Source: a virus
Taxonomy: Duplodnaviria > Caudoviricetes
Strand: one strand, 5' to 3'
IMG/VR virus record: IMGVR_UViG_3300013121_000029
Span: 133,595-197,594 of that record
DNA length: 64,000 nucleotides
The notes beneath the pieces are model-generated. The model was not told the DNA's origin. It did no database searches and saw only the letters and a program-made list of their open reading frames with translations. Positions 1-11,476 of the stretch are shown in pieces; position 1 is the stretch's first letter; every line of letters starts with the position of its first letter. A program made the translations under genes and the position numbers.

Positions 1-471
1 TTTAGTGGAGAATTTAACACTTTGTTTAGCAGTATGTTTTACAGACTCTTGATATTCTTGGCTGTTTGTTGGTAACAGAATTAATTCTGTACCACTCCAT
101 GCATAAACACAAGGTTCTGTGATATCTCGTTTTGACACATCAGCATGCATCAAAATACCAATTAAGTTAGATACAGAAATTTCGAATTCAAAATCTCTTG
201 GATCCCACACACGAACTACAGAACGACCTGATCCCCAATATCCATGTCGTTGAACACCTTTATTGAAGGTGAATCCGTTATTTGGAGTATTAGGGATTTC
301 GAGTGTTTGAATATTTTTATCTCTCCATGATTGCCATGAAGCTTCCTTACGTAATTTTCCTGTATGGTCTTTGTAAATTACATAAGCTAACTTTCCTGTA
401 AATGTATCTGTACGTTTTTGAAAACCTACAACGATCGTTTCAGGAATGTAAAGTGTATTGTTCATTGCCAT
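1..471 (-). CDS. conserved phage hypothetical protein (runs off left edge)
   Basis: ATG at 471 after GGAG; open frame to position 1: MAMNNTLYIPETIVVGFQKRTDTFTGKLAYVIYKD...WDPRDFEFEIS; absent from ORF track because it has no stop in the window. Confidence 0.75.
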   Translation of the reverse strand, partial: MAMNNTLYIPETIVVGFQKRTDTFTGKLAYVIYKDHTGKLRKEASWQSWRDKNIQTLEIPNTPNNGFTFNKGVQRHGYWGSGRSVVRVWDPRDFEFEISVSNLIGILMHADVSKRDITEPCVYAWSGTELILLPTNSQEYQESVKHTAKQSVKFSTK

Positions 472-541
472 TGTTATTTTTCTCCAAAAGAGTTGGGGTC
501 ATATTAACCCCAAATCATATACCCATTAGGACCTCGTGGCT

Positions 542-1261
542 TCAAAACTTTTTTAACCACTCACAGAATTCCTCGCCAACAACTTGTTCATACAATTGCT
601 CATCAGTCATTTGGAGACTGTTAAGATTGATGAAACCTACGTTTGGAAGTTCATCAGCCATCTCTTTAATGAAAGAGAAATAATACTCCGGACCCACGCC
701 AACCATCTGCCAATAAATATTTTGCTTTTGTGCATCACGCATTACACGAGCAGCAGCACTACGATCGTTGTTTGCACCATCGGTAATGATAATGCCCATC
801 GCAGGAGCAGTACTTGCAGCAGCAGTCGTAGTTACTTTCTTACCGAAGAGACCACCAAGTCCACTTGCTTTAGATTCAGTTACCACAGGACTAAAGTAAT
901 GGTTCATCATATCATTCATTACAGGAGCATATGCGGTGCCACCCCACTTCTCGATCTTACGATTTTCGAGAATCGCACGCTTTACGTAACCACCATAATC
1001 GGCAGCATTTGCAGTTTCGAGACGATCAAATCCTTCTGTGAAAGACCACATATCAAGTTCACCATTATCGTCAAACTTCATTGCAACGGCGAGCAAGCGA
1101 TCAACAGTTTCTTGCATAATGCCTTGGCGATACATATCTTGGGTAGAACCAGAGATATCAAGAGCCAGACCTACACGAATAGGTGGAACTTTTGTAACAT
1201 TACGTTTAGCAAGAATGATGCTAACTTTTTCGGCACGTTTTTCGAGATTAATACCAGTCAT
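542..1261 (-). CDS. vWA-domain protein of the Ter (TerF-associated vWA) stress family
   Basis: MIDAS motif LDISGS, GGT, ITDG, WQMVGVG; adjacent to TelA-like gene. Confidence 0.85.
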   Translation of the reverse strand: MTGINLEKRAEKVSIILAKRNVTKVPPIRVGLALDISGSTQDMYRQGIMQETVDRLLAVAMKFDDNGELDMWSFTEGFDRLETANAADYGGYVKRAILENRKIEKWGGTAYAPVMNDMMNHYFSPVVTESKASGLGGLFGKKVTTTAAASTAPAMGIIITDGANNDRSAAARVMRDAQKQNIYWQMVGVGPEYYFSFIKEMADELPNVGFINLNSLQMTDEQLYEQVVGEEFCEWLKKF

Positions 1262-1264
1262 GAT

Positions 1265-2356
1265 TTACACTCCGTTTTGTTTTGTTTGTGGAATAAACTT
1301 ATCGATCAATTGCTGTTCGAGTTGTTCAAGTTTCGATTCTGCTTGAGCACGTGAACGTTTGCCTTCGTCAGCAATTTTCTTCATATCATCACATGCACCA
1401 AGTAATTGATTCTGAACGTGTTCGAGAGTATCAATACTTACCACCGAACGTTGCTTCGCGTGTGCAATTAATTGAGTATTTTGACGAAGCAGATCAGCTT
1501 GCTTTTTGAAAGCCTCATCTGTACTATCGTGAATTTTATTAGCAAGAGCAGCGCCTTTACCTTGTTCAAGAACGACAAGATATAATGCAAATGCATTTTG
1601 CCATGCAGGAATAGTTACAGTTTTTACATCTTTGAATTTAGAGGCAAGAGTCCTTGCGTTATCTTGTAGAAGACGAATTTCTGGTGCTGCTTGCTTTGCA
1701 AGCAGCATCGAACGACGCAGATCATCGATTCGTTTTTCCAAACGATCAATACGATTTTGAATATCTGCAAGACGCTGAGCTGCAAATGCATCCGTTGCTA
1801 CTTTTTCACCTTCGAGTTGTTTATTAAGTTCGACAAGAAGATTTTGTCCATCTTCGACACATTTTTCCAACGATTTATGAGTAGCAATATTTGCTACATA
1901 CATATCTTCAAGATCAGTAATTCTTTTGGTATGAAGAGCAGTACTTTTGTCAAGTTCTTTGACAAGTTCATTCATTCTCGATTCAACAGTTGAATATTCA
2001 GCAAGCATTTGTTCTTTTACACTTCCGAATAGATTACGGATAAATGCAATAATGCCTTTTTGATTGTATTTGCTAGGATCAAGTCCTTTTGCAGTACCGA
2101 TGAGATCGTTCAAATTCTTGCCAAAGTCGTCCATATCAGATGCACGAACTTGTGATAGAATTTGGCGCGACAAGGCAGACAATTGTGATGCTTGTTGATC
2201 ACCAAGACGTTCAATCTGCTCATCAGTAACAACTACAACACGAATAGGTTGTTCTTGATGGACAGCTGGGAGCTGATCTTTTGCAAGAACTAAATCTTGC
2301 ATTGGAGTAGCAACAGTAGTTGCTACTTGTGGTTCATCGTCAAATTTCAATGACAT
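1265..2356 (-). CDS. telA: TelA-like toxic anion resistance protein
   Basis: 363-aa coiled-coil protein; QAAPEIRLLQDN...TIPAWQN and A KQRSVVSIDTL segments typical of TelA/KlaB. Confidence 0.8.
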   Translation of the reverse strand: MSLKFDDEPQVATTVATPMQDLVLAKDQLPAVHQEQPIRVVVVTDEQIERLGDQQASQLSALSRQILSQVRASDMDDFGKNLNDLIGTAKGLDPSKYNQKGIIAFIRNLFGSVKEQMLAEYSTVESRMNELVKELDKSTALHTKRITDLEDMYVANIATHKSLEKCVEDGQNLLVELNKQLEGEKVATDAFAAQRLADIQNRIDRLEKRIDDLRRSMLLAKQAAPEIRLLQDNARTLASKFKDVKTVTIPAWQNAFALYLVVLEQGKGAALANKIHDSTDEAFKKQADLLRQNTQLIAHAKQRSVVSIDTLEHVQNQLLGACDDMKKIADEGKRSRAQAESKLEQLEQQLIDKFIPQTKQNGV

Positions 2357-2417
2357 ATTATCCTCTATTAATTAGAAACGAGATTATTATACGATAACTG
2401 AAAAAGTAAATCAACGA

Positions 2418-2873
2418 TTATTCATGGTCATATTCTTCGAGATATACAGAACGATCTTCAATCGTCACGAGTACACGAGTGTGATCTCCGAAACAATCAT
2501 GACACAATTTTTCCCCAGATTCAGAACCAAAAATTAACTTGAGAGTTTCATTTTGCTTAAGAAGATCAGAACTTTGTTTCCAATCCAATGTGTCAACTTC
2601 GTCACAAACATATCCATTATTTTCGTTCCAAATCTCACGAATTTCATCAACAGATTTTTCGTCAATGATGAATTCAGGATCACCCACACCAAATTCACAA
2701 GCTTCACCGTCATTAAAGAATGGAGTGTATTGAGTCCAAGCAACTGCTTTTACATTTGGATATTTCTCACGTACTTCTTCGAGAGCGTCCATAAGTGCAG
2801 ATTGGAACTGTTCTGATGCTTCTTTATAAAGAAGTTCAATATTTTTTAAAGTTTCTTGAAGTTTTGCAGACAT
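2418..2873 (-). CDS. hypothetical protein (WTQYTPFFNDG motif)
   Basis: ORF with AGGAG RBS, coupled to the DUF6915-like gene. Confidence 0.7.
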   Translation of the reverse strand: MSAKLQETLKNIELLYKEASEQFQSALMDALEEVREKYPNVKAVAWTQYTPFFNDGEACEFGVGDPEFIIDEKSVDEIREIWNENNGYVCDEVDTLDWKQSSDLLKQNETLKLIFGSESGEKLCHDCFGDHTRVLVTIEDRSVYLEEYDHE

Positions 2874-2888
2874 TTTTCATTTCTCCTA

Positions 2889-3248
2889 TTAGTCAATTTT
2901 AATTTTTTTCGATAAACGTGGATTTGCTCTTTTATCACCACCCATCCAAGGTTCAATTCTCATATTACGAAGCCAATGCTCCGCTGATGGAATAAAACCA
3001 AGATCTTCTAAAACATGGTCCTCTGCGATATCTCGTGTTTGTACTTTCTTACCGTTACTATTAACAATAAAGGTACCAAACGCTTTTTCAACTAAGAAGA
3101 TGCCAAATGCACTATGCAATAGTGCTCTATGTCTAACATCTGCTACAGTTTGTTTACTTGAATCGATAAAATCGTGGATGGCTTGATAATCTTCTTCCAC
3201 TCCACCATATTTTTTAACACTTAGATGAGCATGTAAGTATGGTTTCAT
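2889..3248 (-). CDS. DUF6915-like protein
   Basis: KPYLHA..S.KKYGG..EDY..IHDFIDSSK...RHRALLHS...IAEDHVLEDLGFIP. Confidence 0.7.
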   Translation of the reverse strand: MKPYLHAHLSVKKYGGVEEDYQAIHDFIDSSKQTVADVRHRALLHSAFGIFLVEKAFGTFIVNSNGKKVQTRDIAEDHVLEDLGFIPSAEHWLRNMRIEPWMGGDKRANPRLSKKIKID

Positions 3249-4479
3249 TTACGTTTCTCTTTAAGTTGATTTTCAGCATTCATACATCGATTATACAATT
3301 TTTGATAATCTTCTAGATTTTGCTTACGAGCAATCCAATGATCTTCGTTTTCTTTTAAGAGAGTATTAATATACTCTTTAATCGCTAAAATGTCATCTCG
3401 GATTAACGGAAATGTATTACCGTCAAGAATATCTTGTACGATTCGTTTTTGTTCATCAGTAATCATAATTAATTAAATGCATCGAAAATGTCAGCAAGAA
3501 TATCCATAAACCCAGCACCCACGCCAAGTTTAAACAACCAATAAAACAGTAAAATTACACCAATTACAACAGCTGCAATAATAAAAGCAACTGATTTAGT
3601 TGTAAGATAAATGTTGATACAAAACACCAATCCCATTACCATTAAAACGCTAAAAATTGCTGCAAACATTATTCTGCTCCTCGAGGATTGAACGGAATGT
3701 AATCAACTAATTCGATTTTTCGTTCTTCATCACGTTTGAGTATTGCTAAAATACATTGTTCTGCTTCTTCTTTTGTATCAAACCTAGCAATTTCAGTATC
3801 AATCTCACCATAATAGGCAGTTGTCTTTACATAATGAGACCACCAACCAATACCGAAAAAAGTACGTTTGTATTGTGGTTGATAAGATGTAATATATTGT
3901 CCATCATGACAACGAGTTACAGTTTTAATACGAAATTCCATATTAACTACCTGTACAAAAGTCGACATATTTTTTTCCTTCTCGCTCTTTAATGCTGATT
4001 CCTTCGAGGAACACATGATGTGTGTCACCTGTTTTGATAATACTATCATCAAACAACCAAAGAATATCTACAATGGTTGCATTAGTAAATTCACGTTCCC
4101 AATTTGGTTCTTCAGAATCTTTTCCTGTCCATGCATGTGGATTAGTAAATGTAGCAGTTCCAGGAACCAACACTTTATTAAGGTCAAAAGAATCTTCATA
4201 AGTATACCATGATTCGTAGGCATACTTAATCTCACCATATTTTTCTGTAACAGCGTCTTCGAGAACATCTTTACGTTTTTGTGCTCGTTCGAATTTCATT
4301 TCATACTCCTGACGTTGTTTCTTGGCTTCTTCTTCACGTTGTTTATTGATTCCGTCTTGTCGTATAGACAATACATTAACAACTTCAAGAAAAGAGGCTT
4401 CATATACATTAAACAACTCATTAATTTTGTCTAACGTATACTTCTCTCCTTTAATCACAAGATAGGAGTCTTCACTCAT
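3245..4479 (-). other. four small hypothetical CDS (3245-3466, 3469-3669 membrane, 3669-3941, 3943-4479)
   Basis: Abutting same-strand ORFs; starts trimmed to ATGs that avoid overlap. Confidence 0.65.
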
Positions 4480-5146
4480 CTTCGTCGTCCTTTTCACGAT
4501 AAGGTTCATAACCGTATACAGCTTCATAAAATTCATCAGTAGGTTCAACGTCAGTATATCCATATTGACCGTTTTGAATTTTATAAGCACCAGCAAAATT
4601 CCATCCTTCATCGAAACAAATTCCCACAAGTTGCAATTCAGGATGACACTCCGCAAGAGTTTTAAACAATGGATCAGGGACTGACCATGCAGTTTGACAA
4701 GTGAATTCCATTCCCTTAGAAAGTTCGTTTTCTTTAATAGAAACAGTGGATTGAATTTCCGTGTTATAGAACCCCCACTTGGTGCCCCAATGTTTGTTAC
4801 ACCATTCGTACCAGGTATGATACCCTGTTTCTTTATATGCATTAATAATTTTGTAGATTTCGTCATATTCTGATTGAGTCATTCGAAGAATGTGTGCTGA
4901 ATTAGAATTATTCTTAATTTGGTGATGAACAGGAATATCGTTATTTTTCACAATTGCGATAGCAGAGTTGTGCTTCATAATATGTTTTGCACTATCTGAC
5001 ACAGTACCTTCAGATGTATCAACAAGAATTTCAGGCATTGGAGTAATCAAAGATGCATCAAATTGATTATCCTTATTGAAATACTGTTTAATAATACTAA
5101 CACATTCAGCAGGAACAAAAATACGATGCGTTACATGATTAGGCAT
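4472..5146 (-). CDS. DUF1281/YubB ferredoxin-like domain protein
   Basis: MPNHV start, WYEWCNKHWGTKW and TAWSVP motifs. Confidence 0.75.
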   Translation of the reverse strand: MPNHVTHRIFVPAECVSIIKQYFNKDNQFDASLITPMPEILVDTSEGTVSDSAKHIMKHNSAIAIVKNNDIPVHHQIKNNSNSAHILRMTQSEYDEIYKIINAYKETGYHTWYEWCNKHWGTKWGFYNTEIQSTVSIKENELSKGMEFTCQTAWSVPDPLFKTLAECHPELQLVGICFDEGWNFAGAYKIQNGQYGYTDVEPTDEFYEAVYGYEPYREKDDEDE

Positions 5147-5206
5147 TTGACTCTCCTCTTTATACGTCTATTATACAGTATAATGAGGGAGCAATACAAC
5201 GGTGAC

Positions 5207-5234
5207 AAAAAAGCCTCCGTAAAGGAGGCTTTTT
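5207..5234. terminator. bidirectional intrinsic terminator
   Basis: AAAAAAGCCTCC-GTAAA-GGAGGCTTTTT. Confidence 0.8.
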
Positions 5235-5236
5235 AC

Positions 5237-5617
5237 TTACTTGGTGAAGCGGGGTGGTTTATCACAAAATAATACTGTATGATCTTTTCCTTTAATTAGA
5301 TATACAATATTTGGATATTTAGAACGAAGTTCTTGAGTTGAAATTTGCACTTTACCATACTCAGCTGCAAATTTATGTCTTAATTCTTCATACATCTGTC
5401 GATCTTGAATTGGAATATTGTTATCACGCATATATTGTTGAGCTTCATGTTTAATGAATGCTTCTTTAACATCAAACGGTGATAGTTGGCTAACTCTAAT
5501 CATTCCATCAGATTCATTATTACCTTTGCCCATGTGTTTAACAACATGAAGAACGGCACCTGACATTTCAGTTAATACTCCTGCTTCAGTTAAGAGTTGA
5601 ATAATATCATAATGCAT
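5237..5617 (-). CDS. hypothetical protein, late promoter, LTE processing-like N-terminus
   Basis: ATAAATA upstream (about 5643-5649); QLLTEAGVLTEM. Confidence 0.65.
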   Translation of the reverse strand: MHYDIIQLLTEAGVLTEMSGAVLHVVKHMGKGNNESDGMIRVSQLSPFDVKEAFIKHEAQQYMRDNNIPIQDRQMYEELRHKFAAEYGKVQISTQELRSKYPNIVYLIKGKDHTVLFCDKPPRFTK

Positions 5618-5667
5618 AAAAAATACCTACATAAGTTGTAAGTATTTATTATGTTTACCTTGTTTGT

Positions 5668-5844
5668 TTAATAATCTGACCCTTCAATCCACCATTCTTT
5701 ATTACAATTGAAACATTTAATATGTAAATCCTCATGGGATTCATCAAAAGTCTCCCACTTTCTATACCTGCAATTATCAGAAGAACAGTGCTTACATTTA
5801 AAATTAGGATTCATCGGTTTAAGCCAACCAGTTGTGTACGCCAT
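5668..5844 (-). CDS. small zinc-ribbon protein (58 aa)
   Basis: CKHC...CFNC pairs; below ORF-track cutoff. Confidence 0.6.
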   Translation of the reverse strand: MAYTTGWLKPMNPNFKCKHCSSDNCRYRKWETFDESHEDLHIKCFNCNKEWWIEGSDY

Positions 5845-7531
5845 TATGAATATAACTCTTGTGTAGGAACATAAAGAGTACCGTCAACTGCTTTATAACA
5901 ATCCACCTTTTTCGAAAATAATCTATTACCTACTTTATAATACACAGTTTGATAAGTAGACATTAAAAATTTATGTGGACGATTACAATCATATCCTTCT
6001 ATATAACATGAAGGACCTTTAAGGCCATAATCCCGTTCAATAAAATCTTTCAACATGAATACATAATTAACTGCTAAATTAGTGGTACCTAATTCTCTTT
6101 TTGCTGCTCTTACGAACAATTTAAAATGGGTTGGATTATAAATGTTAAAACATCTTGTATAAGAATCAGGATCAAACATATTATTTTCTCTCACACATTT
6201 CTAATGTTAGTGGTTCACCGTCGACATACCATTGACCATTTTCCCAGAGATAATTGTATTCTTGACGATTGCCACGTACTACTTGTTCATATGTGGGAGC
6301 ATATGAAGGGGATTCATTATGATAAAATTCACATTTGTCAATTGTTTCATCAAGACTTGACATAAATCCATGCTTAAGCAATTCTTCAATCTTCTCTTGT
6401 GTATTATAACAAGTTAATAGAATTCTACCATTATATGATGGATAACCATCATGATGACAATATACTGCCACATATCCATTATCGATTTTTGCTGCAATAG
6501 TTGATCTGGTAGACATTGTTAACCTCGTTTTTGTGTAATAGTCATAGTTGTTTCGAAAGGAATTTCCGCACCGTTGCCGAGGTGAGATCCAAAAATATTC
6601 ATAATATCCCACAACTCAGAATTGTAATATGTTTTCCCATCTCTGACTGTTTGTCTGGACAATAATCCATTTTGGTAAAGTATTTTGATACCTTTTTTAG
6701 TAAGGCAAATTTCTACCTCGTCATTAGCATTAATGTTCATTATACTCTCTGTGAAGTTTCAGCAATTGTTTTAATTTTATCTGCAATTAAGGATGCAAAG
6801 TATATGGGAAGAGAAAATGTTGAATGAGCAGTATCTCCTTCCCAATATGTTACTTTAATTTCTTCCCCATTACTTTTGAAAGTGTACTTCCATCCATCTT
6901 GATGGACTAATTCACCTGCAGTTAACCAAAGAAATTCTTTTTCTACACTCATATCAACCTCTCCAGTAATTTCCGATAATTGCTTGTAATAATTCATTTA
7001 ACTGTTGATCTATTTTTGAAGACAGATATTCTTCATCTCTCCAATCATCTGCTTGATTTGATACAAAACAATTAATATCAGATAAACATTTGGCTACGAC
7101 AGGATCAGATTTTAATTGCTTCAAATTTTGTTCAACATTAACACAAGATTCGCATTTATATTTTTGGATAGATCGTTTTTCAACGACAGGACATGTGTCA
7201 GATCCATATTTACAACCATGGTATACACAACAATGTGTCTCGTGTACTTTGTGTTCTGACATGATTAATATTCCTTATCTGCAAAAAAGTTAATTTCATC
7301 TTGAAATCTATAAAACAAATCTTCGAGAATCATTAACACTTCATTATACCCAGCATAGTGTCCTTGTTCGTATGCTATAGATTCAAGTTTAGAAGTAAAT
7401 TTGGACTTAGAAATATTGTATTTTTGAAGTAATTCATCAACTTGCTTGTTATACGTGTCAAAGTCAGCGTTGTTCATTATAATTTCTCTGAGAATATGAG
7501 AAATTATAATTGAAAAAGAAAAAGGACTCAA
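5844..7531 (-). other. six small hypothetical CDS (5844-6194, 6181-6516 YCHHDGYP family, 6519-6740, 6740-6997, 6954-7262 HCC..HGCKYG family, 7265-7531)
   Basis: Tightly packed same-strand ORFs with recurrent phage motifs. Confidence 0.65.
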
Positions 7532-7544
7532 CTGAGTCCTTTTT
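7519..7544. terminator. intrinsic terminator
   Basis: AAAAAGGACTC-AACT-GAGTCCTTTTT. Confidence 0.75.
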
Positions 7545-7560
7545 ATATGATTAGGTGTTT

Positions 7561-7797
7561 TTACACCATTTGATTATCTTCTAACATTCCCCATACTAAT
7601 GTTGCAATATACTTAACATCTGTCGGAGCCTTACCAACCATACCGATATATCTGTGTACTAATTGTTCAACAGTATGAAATTTAAGATTCGGAGTTCCTT
7701 TAATTTTGTCAAAAATCTTTTGTGCAGCTAATTGATCGCTAATAGGATTTACACTTTCTGTTAATCCTGCAATTTGTTTCATTCTTTCCATGTCCAT
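7561..7797 (-). CDS. small late protein with RMKQIAGLTES N-terminus
   Basis: CTAAATA upstream; L-T-E prohead-protease-like site. Confidence 0.65.
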   Translation of the reverse strand: MDMERMKQIAGLTESVNPISDQLAAQKIFDKIKGTPNLKFHTVEQLVHRYIGMVGKAPTDVKYIATLVWGMLEDNQMV

Positions 7798-7808
7798 GTG
7801 TGTTTGTC

Positions 7809-8393
7809 CTATATGGTATAGTATTTAGTCGTTCGAAACAAAATTACATTTTTATGCCACCTTGCATACATTCCTGGCCCTACTTCTTTACCACAACAAC
7901 ATTTTATCTTCTTTCTTTGTAATGCACGATCGCGTAATCGTTGTCTATGTTGGTCACTAAATGTTTGCCCTCTCATTACATCACCAATATTATTTAATAC
8001 ACCTTTTGACATATTTTCTTTTGCACGTTCTGATGAACGTTGTAACATAGTATTTTCGTGTTTAGTTAAACCTTTATTCCAAGGAGAGGATAATCCTTTT
8101 TGTTTTCTTTTAATCCAACCCTCTCTTAATTTTTGTTTGAAAAATATCATCCATTCTGGATCCTTTCTTAACTCTGATAATATGTTATTCGAACATTCAA
8201 TCATTAATTTAAAACCTACGTCTGTTTGACCAGATAAACAAAGATATGCCATCTTGTCTTGCCATCTTCCGTGGGTTTCATATAAAATTCTATGTGCTTC
8301 TGCATGCTCTTCGATTGTTAATTCGATTAAATTGGAAGGATCATCTGTTCCTCCTGCATGTTTAGGGATAATGTGGTGCATGTGTGTTATCAT
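7809..8393 (-). CDS. HNH homing endonuclease with NUMOD-like C-terminus
   Basis: HHIIPKHAGGTDDPSNLIELTIEEHAEAH; PWNKGLTK; basic tail. Confidence 0.85.
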   Translation of the reverse strand: MITHMHHIIPKHAGGTDDPSNLIELTIEEHAEAHRILYETHGRWQDKMAYLCLSGQTDVGFKLMIECSNNILSELRKDPEWMIFFKQKLREGWIKRKQKGLSSPWNKGLTKHENTMLQRSSERAKENMSKGVLNNIGDVMRGQTFSDQHRQRLRDRALQRKKIKCCCGKEVGPGMYARWHKNVILFRTTKYYTI

Positions 8394-8423
8394 ATAACAA
8401 TTATTTTTATTATATTTACTATT

Positions 8424-9391
8424 TTATTTTTTCCCTAAACATATAATTTCTGATTCTAATATCAAAGAATATGGACCTTTGTTATAGGCAGGAGCTAATT
8501 GTTTTGATTTTGCTATTATTAATTCTTGTGTTTCTTTTGTTTCGTTGTCTAAATTATCCATTATCGAGTGGGTATTAACAGCACCTGAAGGAATAATACC
8601 ATTATTGTATGAAGGAATATGAAGTTCATCTTGTCTATTGAACTTAGGTAGAGGAGGGACATATTCTTGAAATTTTGGCTTCTTTACATGAGGAACAACA
8701 GGCTTCTGTTGTTCAAGCTTCCGTTGTTTCGCTTCTGTTTCAAGTTTCACACGTCTTTCTTCATTCAACTGACGCTTTGTCTTTTTGAACTTTTTCGACA
8801 TCTTTATATAGTACTCCAACATGATATGGAACTTCGTAAAATTGCTTTCCGTTGATAGTAACAGTACCCAATTCCTTTTTATGATACTTTATAAATTCTT
8901 CTGGACGACAAATGTCAACATGTGTTTCTGAAAAATCAAAAACGACCCACAATTCGATATCAGGCTGTTTATTAGGCAATGATCTACATTTAGTAAACCA
9001 TACAAAATCTCCGTGTTGTAAATTCATATTATACTTCTTGAATAATTACTCGTAAATGTTTTACATTCCAATTCGGAAGAGTGTCTTCGAAATTAGTAGG
9101 CTTATTATAATCACGCAATACTTTATGTGAACGAAAATATTCATTTGCGTAATTACAGAATTGTTGTACTTGAATGAAATCAGAATACAAATAATTTGTT
9201 TTAATTTCATCGTTTGTTTCATGGAGGAATTCTTTTGCAATGTAAACTCCATGTAACCACCAAGGAGCTACACGTTCTTCTTGATTTTGATCCCAATACA
9301 CATAATATCCATCACGATTTTTATTTGTATTAAAGATAACCCAACAATCTTCTTCTTTAATTACATTATCTTGGGACATAAGTTGTTTCAA
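8424..9391 (-). other. three hypothetical CDS (8424-8822 with APAYNKGPY motif, 8761-9027, 9029-9391)
   Basis: Coupled ORFs. Confidence 0.6.
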
Positions 9392-9565
9392 CCTTTTCTC
9401 TAATTAATTCTAACCGTAACATATCAGCAATCCATACCTTCTTCATCACCAAAATATTCAAACTTGGTTGCACAAAAAGAATTAGGAAATGCGCATACGA
9501 TTGACATTTAATATAATCTCTTGACGATAAATACATTATACTTGATTTATACGAATGGAACAAAT

Positions 9566-10270
9566 ATGAAAGTTGTAGAACTGTTAGAAGGGCGTGCAGA
9601 TGTATTACTGCAACGTATTAAACAAGATTGTAAGATATATTTGGATATGAACCCGTTGACTATAAATCACTTAGCATTATATCGTGGAATAAGTGGTAAT
9701 CTTGCTCAATCTAGATTAATTACAGTAAGAAAAGATAGAAGACCACGTGACTCTACAGATTGTATGCATTATGCATTTAATGAATATTTTAAGGAAAAAT
9801 TCGGAAAACCGTATAGAAGCATTTCAGTATTTTGTACAGGAGATCCTGACATTGCAAATGAATATGCTGGATCGGGAACAAATCACGTTATTTTTCCTGT
9901 AGGGGATTTTGATTATTGTTGGTCTCCGCAATTATCAGATTTGTTTGGTGAGTTTGAATATAAATTAAATCATAATATAGTTAATGATTTTCATAGACAA
10001 TTATTAGAGCTTCCTCCTGACACGAAACTATCGGAAGAACAATACAACGAAATACAAGAAATCGAAGCTATTGATCCTGATAATTATTGCATTGAATTAG
10101 TAAATTATTATTTTAATCACAAACCTGTAGAATATCTCGAAAACCAGAATTTTGAACAAGCGATCAAATCAGGTAATGAAATAATGATTGATTGTGATAA
10201 GTATTATGCTATTAATCAAAATACTTACGAATCTTGGATTCTTAATTTGGCCCGTTCTTCTCGAAAATAG
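9566..10270 (+). CDS. putative ADP-ribosyltransferase-fold virion protein
   Basis: Start MKVVELLE at 9566 after ATAAATA (9527-9533); LYRG, SVFCT and EIMI motifs in R-S-E-like spacing. Confidence 0.5.
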   Translation: MKVVELLEGRADVLLQRIKQDCKIYLDMNPLTINHLALYRGISGNLAQSRLITVRKDRRPRDSTDCMHYAFNEYFKEKFGKPYRSISVFCTGDPDIANEYAGSGTNHVIFPVGDFDYCWSPQLSDLFGEFEYKLNHNIVNDFHRQLLELPPDTKLSEEQYNEIQEIEAIDPDNYCIELVNYYFNHKPVEYLENQNFEQAIKSGNEIMIDCDKYYAINQNTYESWILNLARSSRK

Positions 10271-11466
10271 TTCCTTTAAATACTACTTCGTTTGGATTAA
10301 AGTGTCCACAGAGAGAACATTGTTGACCGATGATGTTATTATTTAAATCTCTGGTAGGAAAGAATGTATGGTCACATTCTTTCTCTTCTAAGTATCTTGG
10401 AGTTTTAATGTAGAGATATACAATAAGCCAAAATACTCCGAAAATAAAATTATATCCAAAACCTAAATTAGAATTAATATAAATTCCAATTCCCGCCATG
10501 ATAAAATGACTTAATGTACCAACTAATACCATTAATCTTAACCATTTAGGATAAATCATTTTGCAACTCCTACTTCCTCAATATGTGACTCAGGTACTTG
10601 TTCATCACTACATGATACTAAAATCAAAGAACATAAAATAATTAATACACGCATAGTTACCCCACAATGTTTCTTACTTCGATATCAATTTCCGCACATT
10701 CAAGAATCTCTTTAACTACATCAGGATCTGCTTTAGAATTAACTTGTTTAAGTACTTCTCTCCACTTTTCCCATGCTTCATTGCTGGATGCTGCAAGAGA
10801 TTCCAAGCAAAATCCAGTATTATTCTTCATTTTTATGATGTAATACATTTTTCTTCTCCAATTCCTCGTGTAGTAATAATACCGCTTCTCCTACAACGTC
10901 TTCATACGATCTATCTTTTAATTGAATTTGAAAATAGATTTTCTTTTTGGCATAACCTACACTAATATAAGGACGACCGTCTGCATAGGTTGCAAAATTA
11001 ATATATGCTCCCTTTAGAGTAATTCCTCTAATTAGTTGTTGTAACTCAGTCATAATTACATCTCAATATCAACTTCAATAACATTATAAGGTTCAAAATG
11101 AAGTGCTCCGAGGAAACGATTGAATTGATCATTATCCATTTTCTTAATGAAAGGAGCAACATCAAATTCCCACTCATCTTCATTAATATATCCACCGACT
11201 TCTTTAAGAACGTCGTTAGCAAAATCGATATTCAACACTTCCTCTGGATTATATCCATATTCACAAAGACGAATAGACCATTTTTTATCTTTACCATTTT
11301 CGTCTTTACCTTCTAGGAAGAAACGAGTTAGCTTTGCACATTCTGCATCTGCTTTTTCTTTTGAAAGAAAGACCTTAGTTGGAGTACCACCGTTTCCTTC
11401 AGGGGCAAGATATACTTCATCATTGTATTGAAAATCAATACCTACTACTACAAATGCCTTAGTCAT
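10242..11466 (-). other. small hypothetical CDS (10242-10559 membrane, 10657-10848, 10820-11053, 11056-11466)
   Basis: ORF track; RBS-like GGAG before several. Confidence 0.6.
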
Positions 11467-11476
11467 AATAATCTCC

